From an uncultured beta proteobacterium (GTDB lineage: Bacteria > Pseudomonadota > Gammaproteobacteria > Burkholderiales > SG8-39): a DNA stretch of 64,000 nucleotides. Of the stretch, positions 29,349 through 37,851 are shown one piece after another. The stretch lies in the NCBI GenBank assembly GCA_903928055.1, contig CAIYPG010000154.1, forward strand, positions 5,774-69,773, given 5' to 3'. The position numbers and the translations under genes are program-made. The number at the start of each line of letters is the position of its first letter. The stretch's first letter is position 1. The notes under the pieces are model-generated. The model was not told where the DNA came from. It worked only from the letters and a program-made list of their open reading frames with translations, and made no database searches.

Positions 29349-30320
29349 ATGAAAAAAAACGTACGGACAATTGTTTTGCTTCTGGCTTTGCTGGCACAGG
29401 TCACCGCTTTCGCGCCAGCCCACGCGCAGACCTACCCCACCAAGCCGATCCGGGTCATCCTGCCTTACGCGCCCGGCGGCGGCGCCGAGACGCAGACGCG
29501 CATGGTCACCGGCAAGGTATCCGAACTCCTTGGCCAGCCCATGCTGATCGAGAACCGTCCCGGTGGCGCCTTCGCCATCGCCACCGGCTTCGTCGCCAAG
29601 TCCGCCCCGGACGGCTACACCCTGTACAGCACCTACTCCTCCATGCTGACCGCCGCGTTGACCGTGAAGGACTTTCCCATCGACGTCATCAAGAGCTTCG
29701 CGGTGGTGTCCTGGCTGACCGAGTCCGGCACCATACTGGCGGTGCCGGCTTCCTCGGAGGCCCACAGCCTCAAGGACCTCATGGACATGGCGCGCAAATC
29801 GTCCAGGCAACTCAGCTACGGTTCCACAGGCCTGGGCGGCACCCAGCACCTGAATGCCGAGATGGTGATGCTGGCGGCGCATGCCAAGGGCGTGCATGTA
29901 CCCTACAAGGGATCGGCCGACGCGGCCACGGCGCTGCTCGGCCAGCAGATCGATTTTTCCTTCGTCGATAATTCCGCGCGGCCGCTGATCAAGGCGGGCA
30001 AGCTGCGTGCACTGGTGGTTAGTTCCTCGCGGCGCTCCGCCGGCCTGCCGGACGTGCCCACCGTGCAGGAGTCCATCGGCCTGCCGGGGGCGGCCACCCG
30101 CAACTACTACCTGGTGCCCGCCGCCACCCCGGCCGCCATCGTCGGCCAGATCAACGCCGCCGTCCTCAAGGTGCTGCGCATGCCCGACATGATCGAAAAA
30201 ATGACGGCGAACGGCTACGACATCATTGCCACCTCGCCCGAGGAAGGGACGAAGGCCTACGTCGGCGAGTACCAGGCCTATTCCAAGCTGCTGAGCGAAA
30301 TCGACCTGAAAATCGATTAG
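29349..30320 (+). CDS. Bug/TctC-family substrate-binding protein (paralogue 6)
   Basis: 323 aa. ...APAHAQTYPTKPIRVILPYAPGGGAET...HVPYKGS.... Confidence 0.9.
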   Translation: MKKNVRTIVLLLALLAQVTAFAPAHAQTYPTKPIRVILPYAPGGGAETQTRMVTGKVSELLGQPMLIENRPGGAFAIATGFVAKSAPDGYTLYSTYSSMLTAALTVKDFPIDVIKSFAVVSWLTESGTILAVPASSEAHSLKDLMDMARKSSRQLSYGSTGLGGTQHLNAEMVMLAAHAKGVHVPYKGSADAATALLGQQIDFSFVDNSARPLIKAGKLRALVVSSSRRSAGLPDVPTVQESIGLPGAATRNYYLVPAATPAAIVGQINAAVLKVLRMPDMIEKMTANGYDIIATSPEEGTKAYVGEYQAYSKLLSEIDLKID

Positions 30321-30372
30321 CCGGCCGCGTCGCCACGCGCCGCAGCAGCCGGGCGCCACGCCCAGGCTCGCC

Positions 30373-30495
30373 GCCATGGGCGTGGGCATCGAAGCCAGCA
30401 CGCCCGAGGAGTTTGGCGCCTTCATCGACGTCGAAATGAAGAAGTGGGCGCGCGTCATCAAGGAAGGCAACATCAAGGTGGAGATGGAGCGCTGA
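30373..30495 (+). pseudogene. 3' remnant of a Bug gene (last ~40 codons plus stop), paralogous to the end of paralogue 4
   Basis: Hand alignment of 30373..30495 with 24151..24273 gives 6 mismatches in 123 nt, ending at the same TGA. No matching 5' part and no start codon. Confidence 0.85.
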
Positions 30496-30603
30496 TACAC
30501 CAGAATTCCCCCGGCGGCGGGCGTATGCAACCATCAACGGTCGCACGCCGGGGCGCGGTGCCCAATCCTCGGCGCCCAACCCTTCTGCCGAAGGAGCAAA
30601 ACC

Positions 30604-31437
30604 ATGCAAGCCACGGATTGCTTTATCGATGTGGATGGACTGCGTATCCACTACCTTGACTGGGGCGGCGCCAATGACGAGGCGGACGAGGCGAACGACA
30701 GGCAGCCCCTGCTGTTGCTGCACGGCATCGGCCGCACTGCGCACAACTTCGACCACCTCGCGCCACAACTGGCGCAGCGCTACCGCGTCATCGCCCCCGA
30801 CCTGCGCGGCCATGGCGATTCGGGCTGGCATCCCGAGGCCGCCTACCTTGTAGAGGACTATGCCCGGGACATCGAGGCACTGATCATCGAACTCGGCCTG
30901 GAGAATCTCGTGCTGTGCGGGCAGTCCACGGGCGGGCGTGTGGTGCAGGTGATCGCCGGCAGGCAGCCCGAACTGGTCGCAGCGGCCATCGTCGAGGACG
31001 TCGGTCCCGAGCGGCCGAAGAAGGTTTCGGAGCGCCGCCTGCGGCGCATGGGCGATGAATCCAAAGGCTGGGCCTCGCATGACGAACTGCTGGCCGCGAT
31101 CAAGCCGCAGTATCCGCTCACCCCCGAGGCGACGCTGCGCCACTTCGTGATGCATGGCTCGAAGCGCCGCCGCGATGGGCGCATTGTGTGGAAGCGCGAC
31201 CCGAGCATCGCCGAAGGATTTGTCACAACTGAGATCTGGCGCTATGTGCGCGACATCCAGGCACCCATCCTCTACATCCTCGGTGGCGCCAGCGACATCG
31301 TCCCGCCCGAAACCCAGGCAGAGCTGAAGGAGGCGCTGCCGCAGGTGGAGATCGTCACGCTGCCCGGGCTCGGCCACTACCCCAGCGACGAAAAGCCCGA
31401 CGAGTTCCTGCGCGTGGTGCGGGAGTTTCTGGGCTGA
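30604..31437 (+). CDS. alpha/beta hydrolase
   Basis: 277 aa. ...LRIHYLDWGG...LLLLHGIGRTAHNFDHL...DLRGHGDSGW...GQSTGG.... Confidence 0.88.
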   Translation: MQATDCFIDVDGLRIHYLDWGGANDEADEANDRQPLLLLHGIGRTAHNFDHLAPQLAQRYRVIAPDLRGHGDSGWHPEAAYLVEDYARDIEALIIELGLENLVLCGQSTGGRVVQVIAGRQPELVAAAIVEDVGPERPKKVSERRLRRMGDESKGWASHDELLAAIKPQYPLTPEATLRHFVMHGSKRRRDGRIVWKRDPSIAEGFVTTEIWRYVRDIQAPILYILGGASDIVPPETQAELKEALPQVEIVTLPGLGHYPSDEKPDEFLRVVREFLG

Positions 31438-31507
31438 TCTGCCCGGCGCATTCGCACCGATGTTCACGTGCTGCCGTCAGCTCTGTGCAAGCGGGAAGCC
31501 GGCGGTT

Positions 31508-31598
31508 TCATGTCTCGTACGTCATGATCATAATTTTCATGAAAATACCTGTAAAATATTGATTAGAAATCAATTCTGATCATATTAATCGGGGTATT
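31508..31598 (+). promoter_or_regulatory. AT-rich intergenic module (copy A)
   Basis: CATGATCATAATTTTCATGAAAATACCTGTAAAATATTGATTAGAAATCAATTCTGATCATATTAATCGGGG. Contains palindromes ATGATCAT, TTTTCATGAAAA and ATTGATT-AGA-AATCAAT. Shares TTTCATGAA and TGATCATATT, at similar spacing, with copy C. Confidence 0.55.
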
Positions 31599-31715
31599 CT
31601 GTCCGGCGTCCAGCAGTGCGCCTCGCTTTTCAAGCGATGGCGGGCAGGGGAGGTGGGGGCTATAGTCGGCCACGGCGCCCCGGTTCTGCGGGCGCAACTT
31701 TGCCGGGAGGGCGAA

Positions 31716-32000
31716 GTGGACAAGGCCCAGCATTCTCAAGATCCCGTGGTTGCCTACAAGCGCATCCAGCGCCTGCTTGCGCACTGGACGATCGAAGAGC
31801 ACCTGAAGAAGAGCTTCACGCTGCTGGCGCTCGGCACCTTCCTCCTGACCTGCGCCGCAATCCCCTGCGTCAGCGAACTCGCCCCGGCCGACGCCGGCCT
31901 GCAGCCCGTGCTGTGGATGCTGCTGGCGTGGCTGGTGTTCGTAGCCATTCTCTCGGTGGCGGTGATCCGGATCGAGACGCGGGAGAAGGAAAGGTTGTGA
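31716..32000 (+). CDS. small 2-TM membrane protein, unknown function
   Basis: 94 aa from GTG 31716 (GGGAGGG RBS). Two hydrophobic helices (FTLLALGTFLLTCAAIPCV; VLWMLLAWLVFVAILSVAVI). Native high GC3. No family recognised. Confidence 0.5.
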   Translation: MDKAQHSQDPVVAYKRIQRLLAHWTIEEHLKKSFTLLALGTFLLTCAAIPCVSELAPADAGLQPVLWMLLAWLVFVAILSVAVIRIETREKERL

Positions 32001-32075
32001 GTTCGAGCTGGTTTGAATGCATGGGACCCGAATCCATTTGATTTCCGTGTGGTTCAGTCGGTACTCTGATACCCA

Positions 32076-32462
32076 ATGATCAATCCAAACAAACATCGCG
32101 GATCGAGTTTCGACGACTTCCTGATTGAGCAGGGCATGCACAAGGACGTGCAGGCGGCTGTCCTGAAGCGTGCTCGGCGTTCAGATCGTGTTACAAAATC
32201 CAAAGGTAATGTATTCATCGATCTGGGGTTCAAACCGGACGAAGCGGTGGTACTCGCCATGCGCGCTGATCTGATGGCAAGACTGCGCACCGTGATCAAC
32301 GAACGCGGCTGGACGCAGCAGGAAGCATCCAAGCGGCTCGGTATCGGGCAATCGCGCATCTCCGATCTGGTGCGCGGTAAGTGGGACAAGTTCAGTCTGG
32401 ACATGCTGATCACGCTGGCGGAGCGGGCGGGGCAAAAGCCCAAGCTGGTGTTAGACGCGTGA
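32076..32462 (+). CDS. XRE-family HTH protein, HigA/antidote-like (orphan antitoxin or R-M controller candidate)
   Basis: 128 aa. ...NVFIDLGFKPDEAVVLAMRADLMARLRTVINERGWTQQEASKRLGIGQSRISDLVRGKWDKFSLDMLITLAERAG.... Confidence 0.85.
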   Translation: MINPNKHRGSSFDDFLIEQGMHKDVQAAVLKRARRSDRVTKSKGNVFIDLGFKPDEAVVLAMRADLMARLRTVINERGWTQQEASKRLGIGQSRISDLVRGKWDKFSLDMLITLAERAGQKPKLVLDA

Positions 32463-32612
32463 GGTTTTGAATGGGGTATCTGGTGTCGTGAACTTTAAAT
32501 GGCGCTAGGTAAAATCTACCCACTTCACTCGGCTACAATTTAGTCAATCGGGAAATTCATAGATGGCTTGAAGCTATTTGACTGCGGTAATTGGCGATAT
32601 TTAGGACTACAA

Positions 32613-33341
32613 ATGTTCGAGAAGCTGAAGAAGAAGGGCTTTCAAGTCTTGCCTTTGCATCACGCAGAGGCAATTTTGAAACATGACATGACTTCAGCTG
32701 TAGGAGAGCTTGAGTCAGTTCTGCTTGATATCCAAGTCCCAGTTGAGGAATTAGTGTACGGCGGTGGTGGCGAGGGCGAGTTAACTCAGCGACTTCGGCG
32801 GACGTTGTCTGACACGCACGGGTGGAAAAAACATGTTTTTGAAATCAAAAAAACAGTCGACGGTAAAGAAAAAGAATCGATTTCGCATGAGATAGATCAT
32901 GTTAAGGAATTCAAGAATGGAACGTTTGCGCTTGAAATTGAGTGGAACAATAAAGACCCATTCTATGACCGAGATCTTGAAAACTTCAAACGTTTGCATG
33001 CGGACGGGGTTATATCAATTGGCGCAATCGTTACTCGGGGGACTTCCTTACATGAGGGAATGCGCGAGCTTATTGCATCATTTGCTGTCAAAGAGAGCAT
33101 TGACAGCGTGAGTAAGCTCTCGAAATTTTATACTCCGACCCCACGACAGATTGACCTAATTGAGAAAGCTGTGAAATCAAAAGGATCGTTTTCCCAGGGT
33201 TGGGCTCATGCATTTGTCGCTGATAAATTTGGTGAAGCGACTACCCATTGGCGAAAACTAGAGGATCGTGTTCATCGTGGTGTTGGAAATCCCTGCCCGC
33301 TTTTGCTAATTGGCATTCCAAAGAGTGTAGTTGTTGTTTAA
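32613..33341 (+). CDS. type II restriction endonuclease, BamHI/BglII/BstYI-like (PD-(D/E)XK)
   Basis: 242 aa from ATG 32613. ...SHEIDHVKEFKNGTFALEIEWNNKDPFYDRDLENF... (D...ExE) and the C-terminus ...HRGVGNPCPLLLIGIP resemble, from memory, BstYI (...DFVKDRVAIEVQFGK..., ...GRGVPAVPLVLIGVAP). Adjacent methyltransferase. Confidence 0.7.
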   Translation: MFEKLKKKGFQVLPLHHAEAILKHDMTSAVGELESVLLDIQVPVEELVYGGGGEGELTQRLRRTLSDTHGWKKHVFEIKKTVDGKEKESISHEIDHVKEFKNGTFALEIEWNNKDPFYDRDLENFKRLHADGVISIGAIVTRGTSLHEGMRELIASFAVKESIDSVSKLSKFYTPTPRQIDLIEKAVKSKGSFSQGWAHAFVADKFGEATTHWRKLEDRVHRGVGNPCPLLLIGIPKSVVVV

Positions 33342-33381
33342 ATAATCTTTATTACCGAATTCCCTCGGAGTGAATAACGTA

Positions 33382-34062
33382 ATGGCAAAAATTTTCAACC
33401 TCACCCAAGTCAACCCGTCAGAAGATCTACTTGATAAGGAAAAAGGTCCTTACTCAACAATATTGGCAGATCCACCATGGCAATTTCAAAATCGCACTGG
33501 AAAGATGGCGCCTGAGCATAAACGCTTGCTTCGCTATCCGACCATGGAGCTAAAGGAGATTATGGAGTTGCCGGTTGCGAAGTTGGCAGCGGCGAAATCT
33601 CATCTATATCTCTGGGTGCCAAATGCTCTGCTTCAAGATGGGCTAAAAGTAATGGAGGCGTGGGGGTTTACTTATAAATGCAATTTGGTCTGGTACAAGA
33701 TAAGAAAAGATGGTGGGCCGGACGGTCGCGGTGTTGGGTTCTATTTTAGGAACGTTACAGAGCTTGTGCTATTCGGGGTGCGGGGGAGTATGCGAACGCT
33801 AAAACAGGGGCGTACTCAAGTTAATTTACTTTCTACTCGAAAACGAGAACACTCTCGGAAGCCAGATGAGTTTTATGATCTTGTAGAGGGGTGTTCACCG
33901 GGGCCCTATCTAGAATTGTTTGCCAGATTCCGTCGGCCAGGTTGGCACCAGTGGGGTAACGAGGATGTTGAAGAAAATTCAGATCGTGGTGTGGCCAAAC
34001 GGATCGCGCATGCTCAGCCTCAGTTGAAGCTGCTCCAGGTTCCGAAGCGTTATCGCGCATAG
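33382..34062 (+). CDS. MT-A70-family N6-adenine DNA methyltransferase
   Basis: 226 aa (GTG 33370 is an alternative start). Catalytic ILADPPWQF motif, ...HLYLWVPN...WGFTY...HSRKPDEFYDLVE.... Confidence 0.85.
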   Translation: MAKIFNLTQVNPSEDLLDKEKGPYSTILADPPWQFQNRTGKMAPEHKRLLRYPTMELKEIMELPVAKLAAAKSHLYLWVPNALLQDGLKVMEAWGFTYKCNLVWYKIRKDGGPDGRGVGFYFRNVTELVLFGVRGSMRTLKQGRTQVNLLSTRKREHSRKPDEFYDLVEGCSPGPYLELFARFRRPGWHQWGNEDVEENSDRGVAKRIAHAQPQLKLLQVPKRYRA

Positions 34063-34117
34063 TGCTAGTTCGGTGATGGGCGCACAAGATGTGTGCTCAT
34101 CAATTCTAGAAGATGCG

Positions 34118-34981
34118 TTAACGCACTGCACTTACAATCCCTCGCATCATCGAACTCCCCGCATCCCCATGCGCCGCCATCCCCAGCGTGGAATGATTGT
34201 CTTCGGGGAACTCCAGCACGGTTACCGCACACCCCGCCGAACGGAGTACCTGCACGTATTCATCGGTCTGGTTGATCCAGCCCGGTGATTCCCTGCCTCC
34301 GGTGAAGATCAGGATCGGCAGCGGCCGCAGCGGCGGGTTGAACATGGGGCTGTTGAACTTCACGCGATCCGGGGTGAGCTTGATCACTTCGTTCAGCGTG
34401 ACCTGTGGCACGAAGCCGATGTCGTAGATGCCGCTGGACAGCGCGGCACCAATGAGGAAATCTGACGGCACGCCGCGCGAAGTCCAGTCGCAGGCCAGCG
34501 CCATGGCGCAGAGGTGCGCGCCGGCCGAATGGCCCGAGATGAACACCTTCGCGCCGGGTACGCCCAGTCGCGAGCTGTTGCGATACACCCAGGCGATGCC
34601 ATCGAGGACCTGTGCGGTGAGTTGTTCCAGCGTGACGTCCGGGCAGAGGTCGTAGCCCAGCACGACGGTGGGCATGCCCAGTTGCACCGAGGCCGGAGCG
34701 ACATAACTGGAGGTGTCCTTGTGGCCCTGGCGCCAGAAGCCGCCGTGCACGTACACATGGATGACTTTGCCGTTTCCCACTGTCCTGTCAGGCGCAGGAA
34801 AGAAATCCAGCAACTGCCGTGGACCGGTGCCGTAACGGATGTTGCGTTCCGGATTGAGCGTGGCGATGGCCTTCGCGCTTGCGGCATCGCGCGCCGCCAT
34901 CGCCGGCCCGCGCGATTCGCCTGACACCAGGTTCGGGCTGAAATGCCATTCAAGCTTGTCCGTGTAGTCAGTCCAGGGCAT
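34118..34981 (-). CDS. alpha/beta hydrolase (arylformamidase/esterase-like)
   Basis: 287 aa from MPWTDYTDKLEWHF... (GAGGA RBS). HVYVHGGFW oxyanion motif, GHSAGAH nucleophile elbow. The track ORF to 35413 is a 5' over-extension. Confidence 0.85.
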   Translation of the reverse strand: MPWTDYTDKLEWHFSPNLVSGESRGPAMAARDAASAKAIATLNPERNIRYGTGPRQLLDFFPAPDRTVGNGKVIHVYVHGGFWRQGHKDTSSYVAPASVQLGMPTVVLGYDLCPDVTLEQLTAQVLDGIAWVYRNSSRLGVPGAKVFISGHSAGAHLCAMALACDWTSRGVPSDFLIGAALSSGIYDIGFVPQVTLNEVIKLTPDRVKFNSPMFNPPLRPLPILIFTGGRESPGWINQTDEYVQVLRSAGCAVTVLEFPEDNHSTLGMAAHGDAGSSMMRGIVSAVR

Positions 34982-35071
34982 GGCGCAGGTTTCCTCAAAG
35001 ATCATCAGGTGCGGGAGCGCAGATGGTAGGCTCAGGGCTGTTTTCCTGCAGCAGGTAAAGGTGGGCACGCG

Positions 35072-35521
35072 ATGTCGATTGCAATCGGGCAGGGCCCGTG
35101 GCGGAAGATCGCCTGCGCAGAATGCCATGGCGGGGACATCCGCATCGACGGGTTGCGCGCCGGGGTCGGCATCCTGGTGTATGACGCCACCTCGAAGGCC
35201 ACCTTCGGCGGACATTTCCCGGCACCTGATGCACAGAGCGCCGGGGGCGTTGACGGACTGTTCGCGATGCTGCAGCAATCGATGGAAGATTTCCGCGACA
35301 GCCCGATCGTTCACATCTATGCCTCGGGCTGCGCCGAGCAGGATCATGAGTCCTGGAAATGTACCGGCCCCGTTGCGCAGCGCTTCGTCGATGCCGAACT
35401 TCGCAGGCGCCACCGGCCGAACCAGCAGCGCGACATTCGCTGGCCGCGCAGCAATGTGCTCACGTCGGAGATGTCGCTATGTCCGGAGAGCGGCGCCTAC
35501 GAATGCGGCTTTCGCTGGTAG
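35072..35521 (+). CDS. hypothetical protein
   Basis: 149 aa. High GC3 codon pattern typical of the host. Divergent from the hydrolase gene. No family recognised. Confidence 0.45.
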   Translation: MSIAIGQGPWRKIACAECHGGDIRIDGLRAGVGILVYDATSKATFGGHFPAPDAQSAGGVDGLFAMLQQSMEDFRDSPIVHIYASGCAEQDHESWKCTGPVAQRFVDAELRRRHRPNQQRDIRWPRSNVLTSEMSLCPESGAYECGFRW

Positions 35522-35590
35522 GTGGGGGTTAAGCGCCGGAAACATTGCTGGGGCCCGGCATTGCTGCGCAGGCCCCCTTTCTTCTGATGC

Positions 35591-36592
35591 CTAGTCGCTC
35601 AGCTTGATGCCGGTCTTCTTGATCAGGTTGTCCCACATGTCGTATTCCTTCACGAAGGCCTTTTTCAGGTCGGCAGGTGAAGTCTTCGGGCCGGGCTCTG
35701 CGCCGTCGGCGGCGAATTTTTCCTTCATGTCGGGCAGGTTGACGATCTGGTTGATACCCTGGTTCAGCGCCGTCTGGATGGGCGCGGGCGTTCCGGCCGG
35801 GACATACAGGTAGTAGGAATTGCCCAGCTCGAATCCGGGCACCGTATCGGCAATCACCGGCACATCAGGGAACGCGGCAATTGGCGTGGTGCTGGCCGCG
35901 CCGATCGCCTTCAGCTTGCCGCTGTGTATGAAGGGCGAGACGCTGGCGCCGAGGGAAAAGATCATTTGCAGGCGGCCACTCATCAGGTCGGTGAAGGCCT
36001 GTCCGTTGCCCTTGTAGGGAATGTGCGTGAGCTTGGTTCCGGTGGCGAGCTGGAACTGCTCGAAGCCGAGGTGATTCACACCGCCGATGCCGGAGGACCC
36101 GTAGTTCAGTTCGCCCGGGTGGGCCTTGGCGTAGGTGATCAGTTCCTTCACCGTGTTGATATTGAGCGAGGGCACGATGGCCAGCAGATAGGACTGCGTG
36201 GTCGTCTGCACCGCGACATCAAATGCCTGGCGCACGTCGTAGTCCACTTTCTTTGTCACGCCGTTCAGGATCACCAGGTTGCCCGAGTGGAGCAGGGTGT
36301 AGCCATCGGGCGCCGAGCTCTTCAGCGTTTCCATGGCGATGACGCCGTTGCCGCCGGCGCGGTTGTCCACCAGCACGGCCTGGCCGGTGCGTTCGCCCAG
36401 CTTGGCCCCGACGGCGCGCGCGGTGATGTCATTGGACCCGCCCGCGGCGGAACTCACCAGCATGCGTATCGGGCGATTGGGGAAGTTGTTCGCCAGCGGT
36501 CCGGGCTTAGCCTGCGCAAGGACCTGCAGCGGCAGCGCCACCTGCAGGGCAACGGCGGCGGACAGCAGTCCGCGAATGATGGATGTGTTCAT
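35591..36592 (-). CDS. Bug/TctC-family substrate-binding protein (paralogue 7)
   Basis: 333 aa from MNTSIIRGLL.... ...NFPNRPIRMLVSSAAGGSNDI...HIPYKGN...; ends ...GIKLSD like paralogue 8. Confidence 0.9.
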   Translation of the reverse strand: MNTSIIRGLLSAAVALQVALPLQVLAQAKPGPLANNFPNRPIRMLVSSAAGGSNDITARAVGAKLGERTGQAVLVDNRAGGNGVIAMETLKSSAPDGYTLLHSGNLVILNGVTKKVDYDVRQAFDVAVQTTTQSYLLAIVPSLNINTVKELITYAKAHPGELNYGSSGIGGVNHLGFEQFQLATGTKLTHIPYKGNGQAFTDLMSGRLQMIFSLGASVSPFIHSGKLKAIGAASTTPIAAFPDVPVIADTVPGFELGNSYYLYVPAGTPAPIQTALNQGINQIVNLPDMKEKFAADGAEPGPKTSPADLKKAFVKEYDMWDNLIKKTGIKLSD

Positions 36593-36621
36593 GTTCTCTC
36601 CTTGGGTTTCGGCAGGCGATT

Positions 36622-37653
36622 TCAGTCGCTGAGCTTGATGTTGTTCTTGCGGATCAGGTTGTCCCACATTTCGTATTCTTTCACGAACGCGCTCTTGAAT
36701 TCCACCGGCGAGCTCGGCGGCCCCGGCTCGGCGCCATCAGCGGTGAATTTTTCCTTCATGTCGGGCAGGTTGACGATCTGGTTGACCGCGCGGTTCAGCG
36801 CTGTTTGCAGGGGCATCGGTGTTCCGGCTGGAACGTACAGGTAATAGGAGTTTCCGATTTCGAAACCCGGCAGGCCCTGCTCGGCAAGGGTCGGGATGTC
36901 GGGAAAGGCCTGCGTGCGGCTGAGGCTGCCCACGCCCACCGCCCTGAGCCTGCCGCTCCTGAGGTAGGGCGCCATGCTGACGCCGCTGGAACAGATCATC
37001 TGGATGCGGCCGCTCATCAGGTCCGGATAGACGCCTGCGCTGCCCTTGTAGGGGATGTGCGTCAGGCTGATGCCGGTGGCGGCCTGCAGCAGCTCGAAGC
37101 ACAGGTGGTTGACTGAACCGATTCCGCCCGAGCCGTAGTTCAGCGCGCCCGGATGGCCTTTGGCATAGGCAACCAGTTCCTTCACGCCATTCACGCCGGG
37201 CGCCGGAATGATCGCGATCACGTAGGGCTGCGTGGTCATCATCACTGCCACGTCGAAAGCGGTGCGCACGTCATAACTCACGCGCCTGGCGACGCCGTTC
37301 AGCAGCAGGGCGTTGCTGGAGGCGAGCAGGGTGTAGCCATCCTTTGCCGATTGCTCCAGTGTGTCCATGGCGATGACGCCATTGCCGCCGGCGCGATTCT
37401 CGACGATCACTGATTGGCCGGTGCGTTCAGTCAGTTTCTGCGCCACGGCGCGTGCGGTGATGTCCAGTCCTCCACCGGCGGCCGAACTCGCCAGCATGCG
37501 CACGGTGTGGTTGGGGTAGGTGTCGAGCAGCGGGCCGGGCTTTGTTTGTGTCTGGGCATGGGCGCGGGGCATGGCTGCCGCCGACAGGCAGGCGAGCACG
37601 AGCAGGGCGACCTGCCATGTATGCACATGACGCTGATTGAGAACTTTTTTCAT
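36622..37653 (-). CDS. Bug/TctC-family substrate-binding protein (paralogue 8)
   Basis: 343 aa. ...TYPNHTVRMLASSAAGGGLDI...HIPYKGS.... Tandem with paralogue 7 (29-nt gap). Confidence 0.9.
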   Translation of the reverse strand: MKKVLNQRHVHTWQVALLVLACLSAAAMPRAHAQTQTKPGPLLDTYPNHTVRMLASSAAGGGLDITARAVAQKLTERTGQSVIVENRAGGNGVIAMDTLEQSAKDGYTLLASSNALLLNGVARRVSYDVRTAFDVAVMMTTQPYVIAIIPAPGVNGVKELVAYAKGHPGALNYGSGGIGSVNHLCFELLQAATGISLTHIPYKGSAGVYPDLMSGRIQMICSSGVSMAPYLRSGRLRAVGVGSLSRTQAFPDIPTLAEQGLPGFEIGNSYYLYVPAGTPMPLQTALNRAVNQIVNLPDMKEKFTADGAEPGPPSSPVEFKSAFVKEYEMWDNLIRKNNIKLSD

Positions 37654-37851
37654 TGCTCCTCCGGCGAACTTTGATTTTTAAGTCATCAAGCCGCGCAGGA
37701 TGTCTGCGCGTCTGTCGGATCTGCTGTCTGTGCCGTGTGGCCCCGTCCGCCATGCAGTAAGATGTTGTCGCGTGAAGTGGCGGCAGCAAAAAAATCATCC
37801 GCCCGCGCAATCCATACGCAATACCGTGCCCTACGGCACCCAGGAGAGACC

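Larger units (their letters stand above)
32463..34117. other. low-GC horizontally acquired island carrying a type II R-M-like gene pair
   Basis: Abrupt compositional drop (by eye ~40-45% G+C versus ~65% in the flanks) and AT-rich codon usage in both genes. No integrase, transposase or tRNA at the borders. Confidence 0.75.

Noticed and set aside
31563-32141. 192-aa minus-strand ORF across the island's left flank
   Set aside because: It runs antisense to the better-supported 2-TM ORF and to the start of the XRE gene. Its translation is His/Gln/Arg-rich and low-complexity.
34982-35413. 5' extension of the hydrolase ORF (track ORF 34118..35413, 431 aa)
   Set aside because: The alpha/beta hydrolase domain starts at MPWTDYT (ATG 34981) with a GAGGA RBS. 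The upstream 144 codons overlap the divergent + strand ORF and look non-coding. Other track ORFs were trimmed for the same reason, including 10914, 12197, 16459, 19790, 22127, 35591..36667, 37735, 44961, 49587 and 58451..59209.
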